Assembly: GCF_000007185.1 (NCBI RefSeq)
Contig: NC_003551.1
Location: forward strand, 1,320,001 to 1,352,000
DNA: 32,000 nt
Direction of reading: 5' to 3'
Origin: Methanopyrus kandleri AV19
Lineage (GTDB): Archaea > JAADCQ01 > Methanopyri > Methanopyrales > Methanopyraceae
Each line of letters opens with the position of its first letter. Within the stretch, counting starts at the first letter, position 1. Below, piece after piece: positions 8,407-16,702 of the stretch. The notes beneath the pieces were generated by a model. The model was not told where the DNA came from and did no database searches. It worked only from the letters and a program-made list of their open reading frames with translations. The translations under genes were made by a program, and so were the position numbers.

Positions 8407-8671
8407 GTTTCATTACCCATTTTATCACGGACGTCCACGGCACGTATCTTGCGCCGGGTTTCATTACCCATTTTATCGCGAGTTAATCGTGAGGCTCAGT
8501 GTGAGTTCTCGGATGAAGACTGAGAGATCGTTGAAGACTTTTTCGTTTCATTACCCGTATTATTGCGGGTTAATTGCGAGACTAGACCTATGTGCTCTGT
8601 TATAACCCATGCGTCGGTGGTCGTCATGTTACCCCGTTTCATTACCCGTATTATTGCGGGTTAATTGCGAG
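8407..8671. CRISPR. mini CRISPR array: 2 intact and 2 degenerate 36-nt repeats
   Basis: Identical repeats GTTTCATTACCCGTATTATTGCGGGTTAATTGCGAG at 8545-8580 and 8636-8671, with an internal hairpin ACCCG/CGGGT. A degenerate copy at 8458-8493 has 6 mismatches. At 8407-8442 only the first ~22 nt are conserved. Spacers are 51 nt (8494-8544) and 55 nt (8581-8635). Transcription direction is ambiguous (see findings). Confidence 0.85.
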
Positions 8672-9240
8672 GGCGGGCGGTTCTCCCGGAGGATCACCCT
8701 TTACACTCCGAAACCACCGAGGGGATTCCCCATCCCTGGCCCACCAAAACCAGCACATCAGTTTTATTTAAAGATTATCCCGATTCCGCTGAACACTTGA
8801 TCATACTAAAATCCAACACTAATTCGTTTCCATTTAGTCGAAAGCTTAATATACAACATTGGTAATACCGAAAATCATAGTTTCTTCTGATGAGTAATTA
8901 ATAAGTTAACTTAATGAAGTAATAATTACATAGTGTTGATGAACCGCTTTGATACCTCGTGAGAATCACAATTCTTTGCTAACGGTTAGAATCGTTATCC
9001 CTTCGAAGCGAAGTAAGGTGCAGGATTCGCACTATTAAAGTGCACTAGTTGGGCTATAGCCAAAGTCTAAGCGATATCAGTAAGTATGAGTAAATAGAGT
9101 AATACTCAATACTCAAGCGCCCCAGAACCACCACCTCCTACGGGGAAGGACCAGCCTTTCCATCCGGTTAATTAACTCGATAAAAAGTGAGTATGATGTA
9201 GTATTATAATCATCACGTATTTATAACACCAATCTCACCA
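8672..9240. other. long AT-rich ORF-less block flanking the intact end of the CRISPR array (candidate leader)
   Basis: The first ~70 nt are spacer-like, followed by ~500 nt of markedly low GC with no credible ORF. It contains a strong TATA-like ttttatttaaag at 8763-8774, about 95 nt from the last intact repeat. Confidence 0.4.
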
Positions 9241-9451
9241 CAGGCCCGCGACCCGACTTCCGAGTCGTCGACCTTCATCCCCGATTAGCGCCCGCCGTTG
9301 CCGTTCAACCTTCGGGTAGGAGGGTGATCCGACCGAGGTGAGCGCGTCTTCGGGCCTCACGCTCTCGACGTCGAGAAGGGGCGTCGCCGAAGCGGCTGGA
9401 GATAGTAGCGGGGGACGGGTAAAGATCGAGGTGGCGGAAGCGATCGGCGTG

Positions 9452-10918
9452 TCACACGCGGGCTCTGCACCTCGGCGGGATCACGGGCGGTACCAGGACC
9501 GGGAACCCTCGCTTGCCGCCCTTCTCAGGGGGTTTCTCGGGCGGCTGTTCCGGCGGGCTCTCCGGTGGGTTGCTCGGCGGTGTCCGACCCTGCCCATCCC
9601 GTCGCCCTCGCTCCTTCACGGTGAACGACAGCCGCTCCCTGTACTCACCGTACGGCCCCTCGTACCTCACGATCAGGGTGTAATCGCCGGGTTCCTCCGG
9701 CGCCCGGAACCTGAACATCACCAGGCCACCGTCGACGTATCCCCCGGGTAGTAGTTCCACCGCACCCAGGTCGGTGACCGACCCACGTTCGTCCTTCAAC
9801 TCGAACCTCAGGACGCCCTCCTCCGGCCAACAGTCCCACGGCCACTCGTCCGCACACCAAGGCCCCCACCAGTACAGCCGCGGTCGGACGAGCACCGTCA
9901 CCTCGGAACCGGCCTCTACGGGATCGGGCGTCAGCGAGATATCGAAGATTACCCTCTTCTGCCTGATCTCGACCACCATGACCACGGGTACGTACGGGAA
10001 CCCGAACCTCTCGACGACCCGCGGCCACTCCGACCGTACTACCTCGGCGCGTTTCCGCTCGTACTCCTCGTACGACATCTTCCGCGGGTCGATACCGACG
10101 ACGTCGATGGTGACGACGTCTCCCAGCGCCAGCATCAGGTGGTCCATGACGTGGACCTCGTACGACGTCCAGGGGGCGCCTTCAGGGACGTGGGTGAAGA
10201 CGCCGTCCGGCCACACGAAGAGCTCGACCTTGACGCTCAGCGTCCTGAGGGCGCAGTCCAGACACCACGCGGCCGGGTACGGCTGTACCGGGACGGGCCA
10301 CTCGACGGCTCCGATATCGTACAGGTACTTCAGCTTCACTCCATAGGGGAACGATATGCCCTCACCGTTCCAGACGGGTTCTACCATCTGGAGGTCCGGC
10401 ACCCGGTGCACGGCTGGTATCCTGAGCTCCAGGACCAGGGCGGAGTCGTGGGCCTCGGGCGTCACCCGGAAGTCGAGCTGGGTCCACTTCCAGGTCTCAT
10501 CTAGGAACTCCCACGTGACCTCCGAGCCGTCCGCGGGTTCTACCCGCTCCCATTCCTTCCAGATGATGTACATCCACTCCTCTGCCGGCGGTACTTCTTC
10601 CGCCTCACCCCACTCGATCTCCGGGTAGAACCTCGCCTCGAGGACCTCCGCGTCCGGCGGCAGGAGCACGTGCAACGTCACCGGCTTCCCGGGGTTCCTG
10701 GTACTGATCGCCGCGATGTACTCCGCGTCCACGTAATCGAGGACCTTATCGCCGTGCCACGTAGTCTCTTCCTTCCAGTGGACGTCCTCGACGATCAGCC
10801 AGCTCTTCACGCTGACGTCCGGGAGCACCTCCGGGTCCACCCAGACGGCACCGTGACCCGGTAGCGGTAGTAGGATGAGGGCGACCGGAAGCACCGTCGA
10901 TGGGAAGGCCCGCCTCAT
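9452..10918 (-). CDS. secreted/cell-surface protein, paralogue of 29240..30568
   Basis: ATG 10918 gives MRRAFPSTVLPVALILLPLPGHG (signal peptide). It has an Ig/CARDB-like C-terminal module (…LVMFRFRAPEEPGDYTLIVRYEGPYG…), a Pro/Glu linker and the tail FPVLVPPVIPPRCRARV. Identity to the 29240 gene is roughly 50% (estimated by eye). The track ORF's extra N-terminus (to 11089) precedes the signal peptide and crosses the promoter. Confidence 0.8.
   Translation of the reverse strand: MRRAFPSTVLPVALILLPLPGHGAVWVDPEVLPDVSVKSWLIVEDVHWKEETTWHGDKVLDYVDAEYIAAISTRNPGKPVTLHVLLPPDAEVLEARFYPEIEWGEAEEVPPAEEWMYIIWKEWERVEPADGSEVTWEFLDETWKWTQLDFRVTPEAHDSALVLELRIPAVHRVPDLQMVEPVWNGEGISFPYGVKLKYLYDIGAVEWPVPVQPYPAAWCLDCALRTLSVKVELFVWPDGVFTHVPEGAPWTSYEVHVMDHLMLALGDVVTIDVVGIDPRKMSYEEYERKRAEVVRSEWPRVVERFGFPYVPVVMVVEIRQKRVIFDISLTPDPVEAGSEVTVLVRPRLYWWGPWCADEWPWDCWPEEGVLRFELKDERGSVTDLGAVELLPGGYVDGGLVMFRFRAPEEPGDYTLIVRYEGPYGEYRERLSFTVKERGRRDGQGRTPPSNPPESPPEQPPEKPPEKGGKRGFPVLVPPVIPPRCRARV
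10469..10522. repeat. 54-nt stretch identical to 30128..30181 (inside the paralogous genes)
   Basis: gaagtcgagctgggtccacttccaggtctcatctaggaactcccacgtgacctc occurs in both genes and encodes EVTWEFLDETWKWTQLDF. The flanking DNA is much more diverged. Confidence 0.9.
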
Positions 10919-10950
10919 GCCCAAGCCCCGGGCGGTGGGCGTACCGGGGA

Positions 10951-10980
10951 GGTATGAAAATATTTTTCGTACAGGTAATA
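10951..10980. promoter_or_regulatory. AT-rich TATA-like element in the divergent intergenic region (secreted-protein gene / cas10)
   Basis: ggtatgaaaatatttttcgtacaggtaata is the only AT-rich patch between the divergent genes. It lies about 40 nt upstream of ATG 10918 on the minus strand and could also drive the csm operon on the plus strand. Confidence 0.4.
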
Positions 10981-11273
10981 GCGCGGGTGTTCTCGGACGT
11001 GGGTCGTCCCGCACGGGATGCTCCGATCCGAGCCGGTATCCGGGGTTCGTCACCGTCCAGGGGTTAGGCGACCCGCAGCTGTTTTCCACTGAGTCAACCG
11101 ACCGACGGGAGGCCGCTGAAACCGAGCCTCGGAACGGTTACGGTTTCCTCATCAACGGAACTGGTTTTGAGAAATCGAGGGTGTGTCGCGCGTCGTTAAC
11201 ACTCCGATGGGATTACTACCCTTATAACTCGGGACGGCCACCTTGGTGTCCCTATGCCGGTGGGGGTGACCCG

Positions 11274-14015
11274 GTGGAGCGGGTGGCCCTGGCGGGGCTC
11301 CTCCACGATGTCGGGAAGCTCCCGCAGCGCTCCGGGGAGCGCGGGAGCCACCAGAAGCTGGGCGCGGAGCTGCTTAAAAAGGCCTTCGGCGGTCGGGAGC
11401 GGGAGGACGAGACGCTGGGCCTCGCGGTCCTGGCGGCACGGTACCACCACTCCGACTCGCTCGGGGACGCTCGGCCGAGTGACCTGGAGGTCCCGGAAGA
11501 CTGGGGCCTGGAGCTGGCGGTCGTGGCCCTGGCCGACACCCTGGCGAGCGCGGAGCGCGGGAACAACGAGCTCGACCGGGAGGAACCCCGTGGCGATCAC
11601 CGCGGGTACTGGACCCTGTACAACCCTTGGTACCGGATCTGGGAGGCCTTCCGGAGGCGACTGGGCGGCGAGGTCCCGGGCGGCTGGGGCTGGACCGAGG
11701 GGCGTCCGGAGTTCGTCCCGGACGAGCTCCCGCTCCTGCACCTCAACGTCGACCCCCGGGAGTTCGAGCCCCCGAAGGTCGTGGAGGAGGGTGAGGGTTA
11801 CCGGGGGCGCTACCGCGGGCTGGCCGGGAGGTTGACCGAGTGGTTGAAAGGGCTCGGTGTCCGGGACCATCCGCACCCGTTCGACCCGGCCCGGGTGGCG
11901 ATGGAGGTCACGACGTCGCTCGTCCCGGCCCAGCACTACATCCCCGAGGGCCGCGACCACATGCGCTCGATCACGCTCTACGACCACTCGCTCCTCACCG
12001 CGTCCCTGGCCTCGTGCCTGTGGTACCTGGTCGAGGAGGGTCACCTCGACGGCCCGGAGGATAACCCGTCGGAGGCTTACCACCGGTTGAGGGACGGGTT
12101 GAGGGAGGGCCGGGGCTCCTTCCTCCTGGTGCGCGGGTCGCTCTCCGGTATCGGCGAGTTCATCCGCTCGGTCCGGCGCGCGTCCCCGCTCGAGGAGAGG
12201 AGGCGTACGGCCTCGTACCTCAAGATCATCCGGGGACGCTCGGCCTTCGTGGACCTGCTCACGGCGGGCGCGGCCTGGACCGTCCTCCGCGAGACCCTGG
12301 GTCGGGACGCGCACCCCGCGTTCCTGCTCCGGGCGGCGGGTGGCTCCTTCACGCTCCTCCTGCCGAACACCGAGGAGGTCCGGGAGGCGCTCGAAGCGGT
12401 TCGGGAAGGATTGAAGCGGTCGGTGTCGGAGGGCAGCGACGGGGTCCTCTCCCTCGGGCTGGCCTGGGTCGAGCTGGACTGGGACGCCCTGATGAGGAGG
12501 GAGCGGTTCAGGGAGCGCGTGGAGGAGCTGGGTCGCCGGGAGTCGGAGGACCGGCGTCGCGCGGTCCTGCCGGGTCGGGGGACGACGTCCCGGGTCGAGG
12601 AGCCCTGCCCCGTCTGCGGGAGCCCGGTCCCGGAGGATGAGGGGTGCGAGCACTGCGAGCGGCTGGGGGACCTGGGCGACTCCCTGGTCCGCCGGGACGA
12701 GGAGGACCGCCCGGTGTTCGCGGGTTTCCTGGTCTACGAGGATCGGGACGGTTCCGGGGACGGTGGGGATGTCGTGCACGAACGCGACGGGCACCGGTAC
12801 CGCGTGCACCACGTGACCCGCGAAGGGTTGGGCGGTGCCGTCTCGGTAGGTGGACTGCTCCTGGTGGATCCGGCGCACGTGGAGGAGGCGCTGAAGTGTG
12901 CGCGGAAGGCGGCAAAGGAGGGGAAGTCTCCGGCCCGGGTCGTCATGTCCTACTTCCCGTGGTACGCGGCTACGAAGGACGACGTGCCGGAGTCGGAGGG
13001 AGAGGAGGGGATCGCGACGTTCTCGGGGATGGCGGAACGCTCCCCGGGCGCGTCCCTGCTGGGGTTCGCGTACGTGGACGTGGACAACCTGGGCGAGTGG
13101 GTGAGGGAGGCCGCGGGCGACGCGTTCGGCGTACTGCTTTCGATCTCCAGGTTCACGGACCTGGTCTTCCGCCACTGGGTGAACGCGCTGGGGTTCCGGA
13201 CGGTCGCGGAGTTGCTGGACGACGTGCCGGGACTCGAGGTGAGGCTGGCGGACGGCGGGCGGGAGCTCGACCCGCCGGAGCTGCTACCGAGGTTCGGGGA
13301 GGACGGGGAGCCCGAGCCGGAGCACGGGGAGGACCGCGGTCGGCCGTTCCTGTTAGTGTACTCGGGCGGCGACGACCTATTAGTGGCGGGCGCGTGGAAC
13401 GAGGCGTACTCGCTGCCGTTCGAGGTCTTCCTGCTCTTCTCGCACGTCACGGGTTACCTGCCCGTCGCGTCCCTGTCCGGGGCGGTCGTGCTCACGCGGA
13501 AGAAGGCCCCGTTCCACCTGGTCCTGCGGGCGCTCAAGGCGCGGGAGCGGGAGGCTAAGCGCGCGGGTGAGGGCGACGACCCCGTGCGGGTGAGGCTGGC
13601 GCCGAAGGGTTACGTTTCGCTGTTGAGGTTATCCGTTTCTAAATCATTGAATGTCAAAGAATTGGAATCGGATAGCGAAAACCAGGATACACATCCCGTC
13701 CCCGGACCCGTGCGGTTCGACCTGGCCCTCGCCGCGGTGGACATGTTGAAGGACGTCGTGGGCGCGCTCGACCGGAAGGCGCGGGCCTACCGGCTGCTCC
13801 GCGCGCTCCGGTCCTGGTGGGGGCGCGGCGACGTGGGAGCTGCCTCGGCGCTCGCGTACGTCGTCTCCAGGATGGAAGACGACTCGGGGGTCGACCTCTC
13901 CGGGACGCTCCTCTCGGTCCTGCCGGTTAAGCCTCCCGAGGACGCCGAGCTGTACCCGGTCGGCCTGTTCGACGTGGCCCTGATCCCGCACCTGATCGCG
14001 AGGAGGGGAGGATGA
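11274..14015 (+). CDS. cas10: Cas10/Csm1, type III-A large subunit (HD + two Palm domains, GGDD)
   Basis: Motifs: HD LAGLLHDVGK…ARYHHSD; SLSGIGEFI (DxSGIQxFI-like); zinc finger CPVCGSPVPEDEGCEHC; cyclase motif LLVYSGGDDLLVAGAW. The preferred start is GTG 11274, preceded by tgggggtgac. GTG 11181 is the alternative. The track start 10875 overlaps the divergent promoter and is unlikely. Confidence 0.93.
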   Translation: MERVALAGLLHDVGKLPQRSGERGSHQKLGAELLKKAFGGREREDETLGLAVLAARYHHSDSLGDARPSDLEVPEDWGLELAVVALADTLASAERGNNELDREEPRGDHRGYWTLYNPWYRIWEAFRRRLGGEVPGGWGWTEGRPEFVPDELPLLHLNVDPREFEPPKVVEEGEGYRGRYRGLAGRLTEWLKGLGVRDHPHPFDPARVAMEVTTSLVPAQHYIPEGRDHMRSITLYDHSLLTASLASCLWYLVEEGHLDGPEDNPSEAYHRLRDGLREGRGSFLLVRGSLSGIGEFIRSVRRASPLEERRRTASYLKIIRGRSAFVDLLTAGAAWTVLRETLGRDAHPAFLLRAAGGSFTLLLPNTEEVREALEAVREGLKRSVSEGSDGVLSLGLAWVELDWDALMRRERFRERVEELGRRESEDRRRAVLPGRGTTSRVEEPCPVCGSPVPEDEGCEHCERLGDLGDSLVRRDEEDRPVFAGFLVYEDRDGSGDGGDVVHERDGHRYRVHHVTREGLGGAVSVGGLLLVDPAHVEEALKCARKAAKEGKSPARVVMSYFPWYAATKDDVPESEGEEGIATFSGMAERSPGASLLGFAYVDVDNLGEWVREAAGDAFGVLLSISRFTDLVFRHWVNALGFRTVAELLDDVPGLEVRLADGGRELDPPELLPRFGEDGEPEPEHGEDRGRPFLLVYSGGDDLLVAGAWNEAYSLPFEVFLLFSHVTGYLPVASLSGAVVLTRKKAPFHLVLRALKAREREAKRAGEGDDPVRVRLAPKGYVSLLRLSVSKSLNVKELESDSENQDTHPVPGPVRFDLALAAVDMLKDVVGALDRKARAYRLLRALRSWWGRGDVGAASALAYVVSRMEDDSGVDLSGTLLSVLPVKPPEDAELYPVGLFDVALIPHLIARRGG

Positions 14016-14016
14016 G

Positions 14017-14541
14017 ATGGGCGCGGATCTGAGGCCGGCGGAGCTCGCGGAAGAGTACCTGTACAAGCCGGGTCGACTGGACAGGAACCGTAGGGAGGAC
14101 GCGGAGCGGAGGTTTGAGAGGTTGCTGAACGACTTCAAGGCTAAGAGGATACAGCTGAAGCCCTCGGACGACGGGCTCCTAGAGCTCGCGTTCTTCACGG
14201 CACTGGTGTCGTTGAATGTCTCGAACTCGCAGCTCAGGCGGCTGTACGCCGAGATCACGAACGTCCGCAACGAGACCAGGAGGGCCAGGGAGGGGAAAGG
14301 GAGCTGGGAGGACGTGGTAGCCGCCCTGGGCAAGGCCCGCGTCGTGCTCGCGTACACGAAGGGTCGGCAGGGGAAGGAGTTCGAGGGCCTGTACGAGGTC
14401 CTGGACGAGGCGCTGCGTAAGGCGACGAAGATCGTTGAGGACTCGGAGGACGACGACGTCCGGAGGCGCGCGATCGAGGCCCTTCACTTCCTGGCCGAGG
14501 GCATCGTCGCGTTCCACCGCTTCCTGGGCGGTAGGAGCTGA
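14017..14541 (+). CDS. csm2: Csm2 (Cas11 small subunit, type III-A)
   Basis: The ATG lies 1 nt after the cas10 stop. It is all-helical and carries Csm2-like motifs: SNSQLRRLYAEITNV…, ARVVLAYTKGR…, and FLAEGIVAFHRF at the C-terminus. Confidence 0.85.
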   Translation: MGADLRPAELAEEYLYKPGRLDRNRREDAERRFERLLNDFKAKRIQLKPSDDGLLELAFFTALVSLNVSNSQLRRLYAEITNVRNETRRAREGKGSWEDVVAALGKARVVLAYTKGRQGKEFEGLYEVLDEALRKATKIVEDSEDDDVRRRAIEALHFLAEGIVAFHRFLGGRS

Positions 14542-14553
14542 GGGGGGTCGAAC

Positions 14554-15609
14554 GTGGTCGGTATCGGCGGCACGATCACGCTGGTCGGCGAGATCCGGCT
14601 GAGGACGGGCACGCGGATCGGCACGTCCGAGGAGGAGATCGAGATCGGCGGGCTCGACAACCCCGTGATCAGGGACCCGGTGAGCGGATACCCGTACGTC
14701 CCGGGCTCCTCGCTGAAGGGGCGCGCCCGGGCGCTGTTCGAGCTCGCGTGGATGAAGAGCCGGGAAATCGAGCCGGACGTGTTCTTCGGCGCCCACCACA
14801 ACGAGCGCCACGAGTGCGGGTTCGTGCGGCGGGAGGTGTACGAGGAGGCTAAAGAGTACCTGCGCGAGGATCCGCCGTGGCTGGAGAACGGGACGTGTCC
14901 GGTCTGCCGGATCTTCGGGTCGGCGGGCGACGGGATCGGGTTCTCGGACCCGGGGAGGCTGGAGGACGAGCGCCGGGGACTCGGGTACGATCCCTACGGG
15001 CGGTACCGGGACCCCAACGACGCCCAGGAGCTCTCCGGGGTCGTGGACGTGAAGAAGGAAGCGCGCGTGGCCTTCAGGGACGCCCACCCGACTACCTACA
15101 CCGTTAATGACGTCTTCGAGCGGGCGGGCGAGCCCACGGAAGTCAAGCACGAGAACGCGATCAACCGCGTCAGCGGTGAGGCCAACCCGCGCTCGATGGA
15201 GCGCGTCCCGAAAGGTTCGCGCTTCGGTCTGGAGGTCGTCTACCGGGTCGAGGACGGGGAGGAGCTCGAGTCGGACCTGAAGTACCTGATGTCCTCGTTG
15301 AAGCTCGTGGAGGACCAAGGGATCGGCCACAGCACCTCCCGGGGCTACGGCCGCGTCGAGTTCAGGATCGCCGCCCTCTGCGCGCGGTCGACCGGGTGGT
15401 ACCTGGACCCGGGCGCGGGCGAGGGGTTCCCGGAGGAGGAAGACAAGGACGAGGCCGCCGACGAGGTCACGTACCTGAGTGACCTCGAGGCCGAGCGGTA
15501 CGAGATCGTGATCCGCGCCCGGGACCTGGAGGACCGGGCGTACCTGCGTCCCGAGGAGTGGGTGGAGCGGCTGGACGAGGTGGTCGGCGAGCTCCCGTGG
15601 GGCCGATGA
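14554..15609 (+). CDS. csm3: Csm3 (Cas7-family RAMP, crRNA backbone/target RNase subunit), unusually long
   Basis: Motifs: LRTGTRIGTSEEEIEIGGLDNPVIRDPVSGYPYVPGSSLKGRAR (includes the conserved Asp position), CPVCRIFGSAG, HENAINRVSGEANPRSMERVPKGSRF, and the G-rich loop SRGYGRVEF. GTG start with an upstream gagggggg. Confidence 0.9.
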   Translation: MVGIGGTITLVGEIRLRTGTRIGTSEEEIEIGGLDNPVIRDPVSGYPYVPGSSLKGRARALFELAWMKSREIEPDVFFGAHHNERHECGFVRREVYEEAKEYLREDPPWLENGTCPVCRIFGSAGDGIGFSDPGRLEDERRGLGYDPYGRYRDPNDAQELSGVVDVKKEARVAFRDAHPTTYTVNDVFERAGEPTEVKHENAINRVSGEANPRSMERVPKGSRFGLEVVYRVEDGEELESDLKYLMSSLKLVEDQGIGHSTSRGYGRVEFRIAALCARSTGWYLDPGAGEGFPEEEDKDEAADEVTYLSDLEAERYEIVIRARDLEDRAYLRPEEWVERLDEVVGELPWGR

Positions 15610-15610
15610 C

Positions 15611-16702
15611 GTGGAGCTGGTCCTGGAGCTGTCGCTGGGTCGGTTCCGCGCGGGGGACGCTATCGAGCGGACCCGGACCTCCGTCCCCGCCCAGACGCTC
15701 TTCGGGGCGATCCTCGGGGCGACCCTGGAGCTCCTACGCGGCGACGGCGAGGACCCGGACGTCGTAAAGGAAGTCCTAGACGCGCTGGTCGGCGGCCTCG
15801 AGCTCACGGACGCGTTCCCGCTGGACCGCGGGGGCGAGCCGCTGCTCCCCGTACCCGAGCACGTCCGCCGGGAGCTCTCGGACCCAGAGCGATACGGGGA
15901 GGTGCTGAGGGAGCTCGCGGGTGACGACGTAGACACGGGGACCCACGGGCTGGTGACCGAGCCGGAGCGCCTGCCGCTGTCCCTGTTCACGGATCTCTGC
16001 GTCGAGGGGTCGCCGACGGATCCGGCGACGCTGAAGCGGCTGCGGGAGTGGCTCTCGGGGGAGCACGACCCGGTCGTGGGCTCCGGCCGGCTCACCCACG
16101 CCTCGGTCCCCAGGACGGGCGATGACACGACGCCGTTCACCCTGGACTACGCCAGCGGCCGCGGGATCGAGGGTCCCACGCACGTGGCCTTCCTCAGGTA
16201 CGATGGGAAGGAACCGGACTACTACGACGTCGAGGCGCTGCTCCGCGCGGTCCTCCGTTATCTCAGGGACGCGGGGCTCGGCGGTGCCAGGTCCCGGGGC
16301 GCGGGTGAGGTCTTAGAGGCGGGGCTCAGGGAGCCGGAAGGCGAGGAGAAGCTGCTGTTCTCGCAGCGGATGAGGGTCGAGGAGGGCGAGCCCGCGATCA
16401 CGCTCTCGGCCTGCGCACCCGAGGGGGACGCGGAGTTCTACGGCCGGGTCGAGCGGAGGGGCCTCCACTACGCCCGGGTGGGTCCTTTCGTGACGAATTA
16501 CCGGGTCCCGCGCCACTACCTGGCCGCGACGGGTTCGTACTTCCCGGAGTGGCCCGGCGCGGAGAACCTCAGGTTCGAGGTCCCGGAGGGGCTGCTCCCC
16601 GGGTTCCTCCGGGGCGACCCGATGTACCGGGGCGGGTACGAGCTCGTCGTCTACGGTCGAGGGTTCCCGGTCCGGGTCAGGGCGTTGGGGGACGGGGATT
16701 GA
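15611..16702 (+). CDS. csm4: Csm4 (Cas5-family RAMP, type III-A)
   Basis: The GTG lies 1 nt after the csm3 stop. Motifs: N-terminal …SVPAQTLFGAILGATLELL (Csm4 S/PxxTLxGAi motif) and G-rich loop DAGLGGARSRGAGEV. Confidence 0.85.
   Translation: MELVLELSLGRFRAGDAIERTRTSVPAQTLFGAILGATLELLRGDGEDPDVVKEVLDALVGGLELTDAFPLDRGGEPLLPVPEHVRRELSDPERYGEVLRELAGDDVDTGTHGLVTEPERLPLSLFTDLCVEGSPTDPATLKRLREWLSGEHDPVVGSGRLTHASVPRTGDDTTPFTLDYASGRGIEGPTHVAFLRYDGKEPDYYDVEALLRAVLRYLRDAGLGGARSRGAGEVLEAGLREPEGEEKLLFSQRMRVEEGEPAITLSACAPEGDAEFYGRVERRGLHYARVGPFVTNYRVPRHYLAATGSYFPEWPGAENLRFEVPEGLLPGFLRGDPMYRGGYELVVYGRGFPVRVRALGDGD

Noticed and set aside
9338-9751. 137-aa plus-strand ORF preceded by a strong SD-like ggagggtgatcc (9321-9332)
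   Set aside because: From 9452 onward it is antisense to the C-terminus of the secreted-protein gene, whose frame is validated by conservation with its paralogue. The product is Arg/Pro-rich. The SD-like match is probably coincidental.
11143-11179. 37-nt sequence GTTTCCTCATCAACGGAACTGGTTTTGAGAAATCGAG upstream of cas10, resembling a CRISPR repeat (GTTTC…CGAG), plus the hairpin gaaaccg/cggtttc at 11118-11147
   Set aside because: Only the terminal 5 and 4 nt match the array repeat, and the interior is unrelated. A single copy is insufficient to call an orphan repeat.
10875-11180. Long N-terminal extension of the cas10 ORF (track start 10875)
   Set aside because: It would run through the divergent promoter and the start of the oppositely oriented gene. 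HD-domain sequence begins only about 10 residues after GTG 11274.
11196-13175. 659-aa minus-strand ORF opposite cas10
   Set aside because: The opposite strand encodes unmistakable Cas10 motifs (HD, zinc finger, GGDD). This frame is Arg/Pro/Gln-rich with no motifs.
14179-16140. 653-aa minus-strand ORF opposite csm2, csm3 and csm4
   Set aside because: It is antisense to three recognisable csm genes, and its composition (Ser/Arg/Pro runs) indicates a GC-driven spurious ORF.
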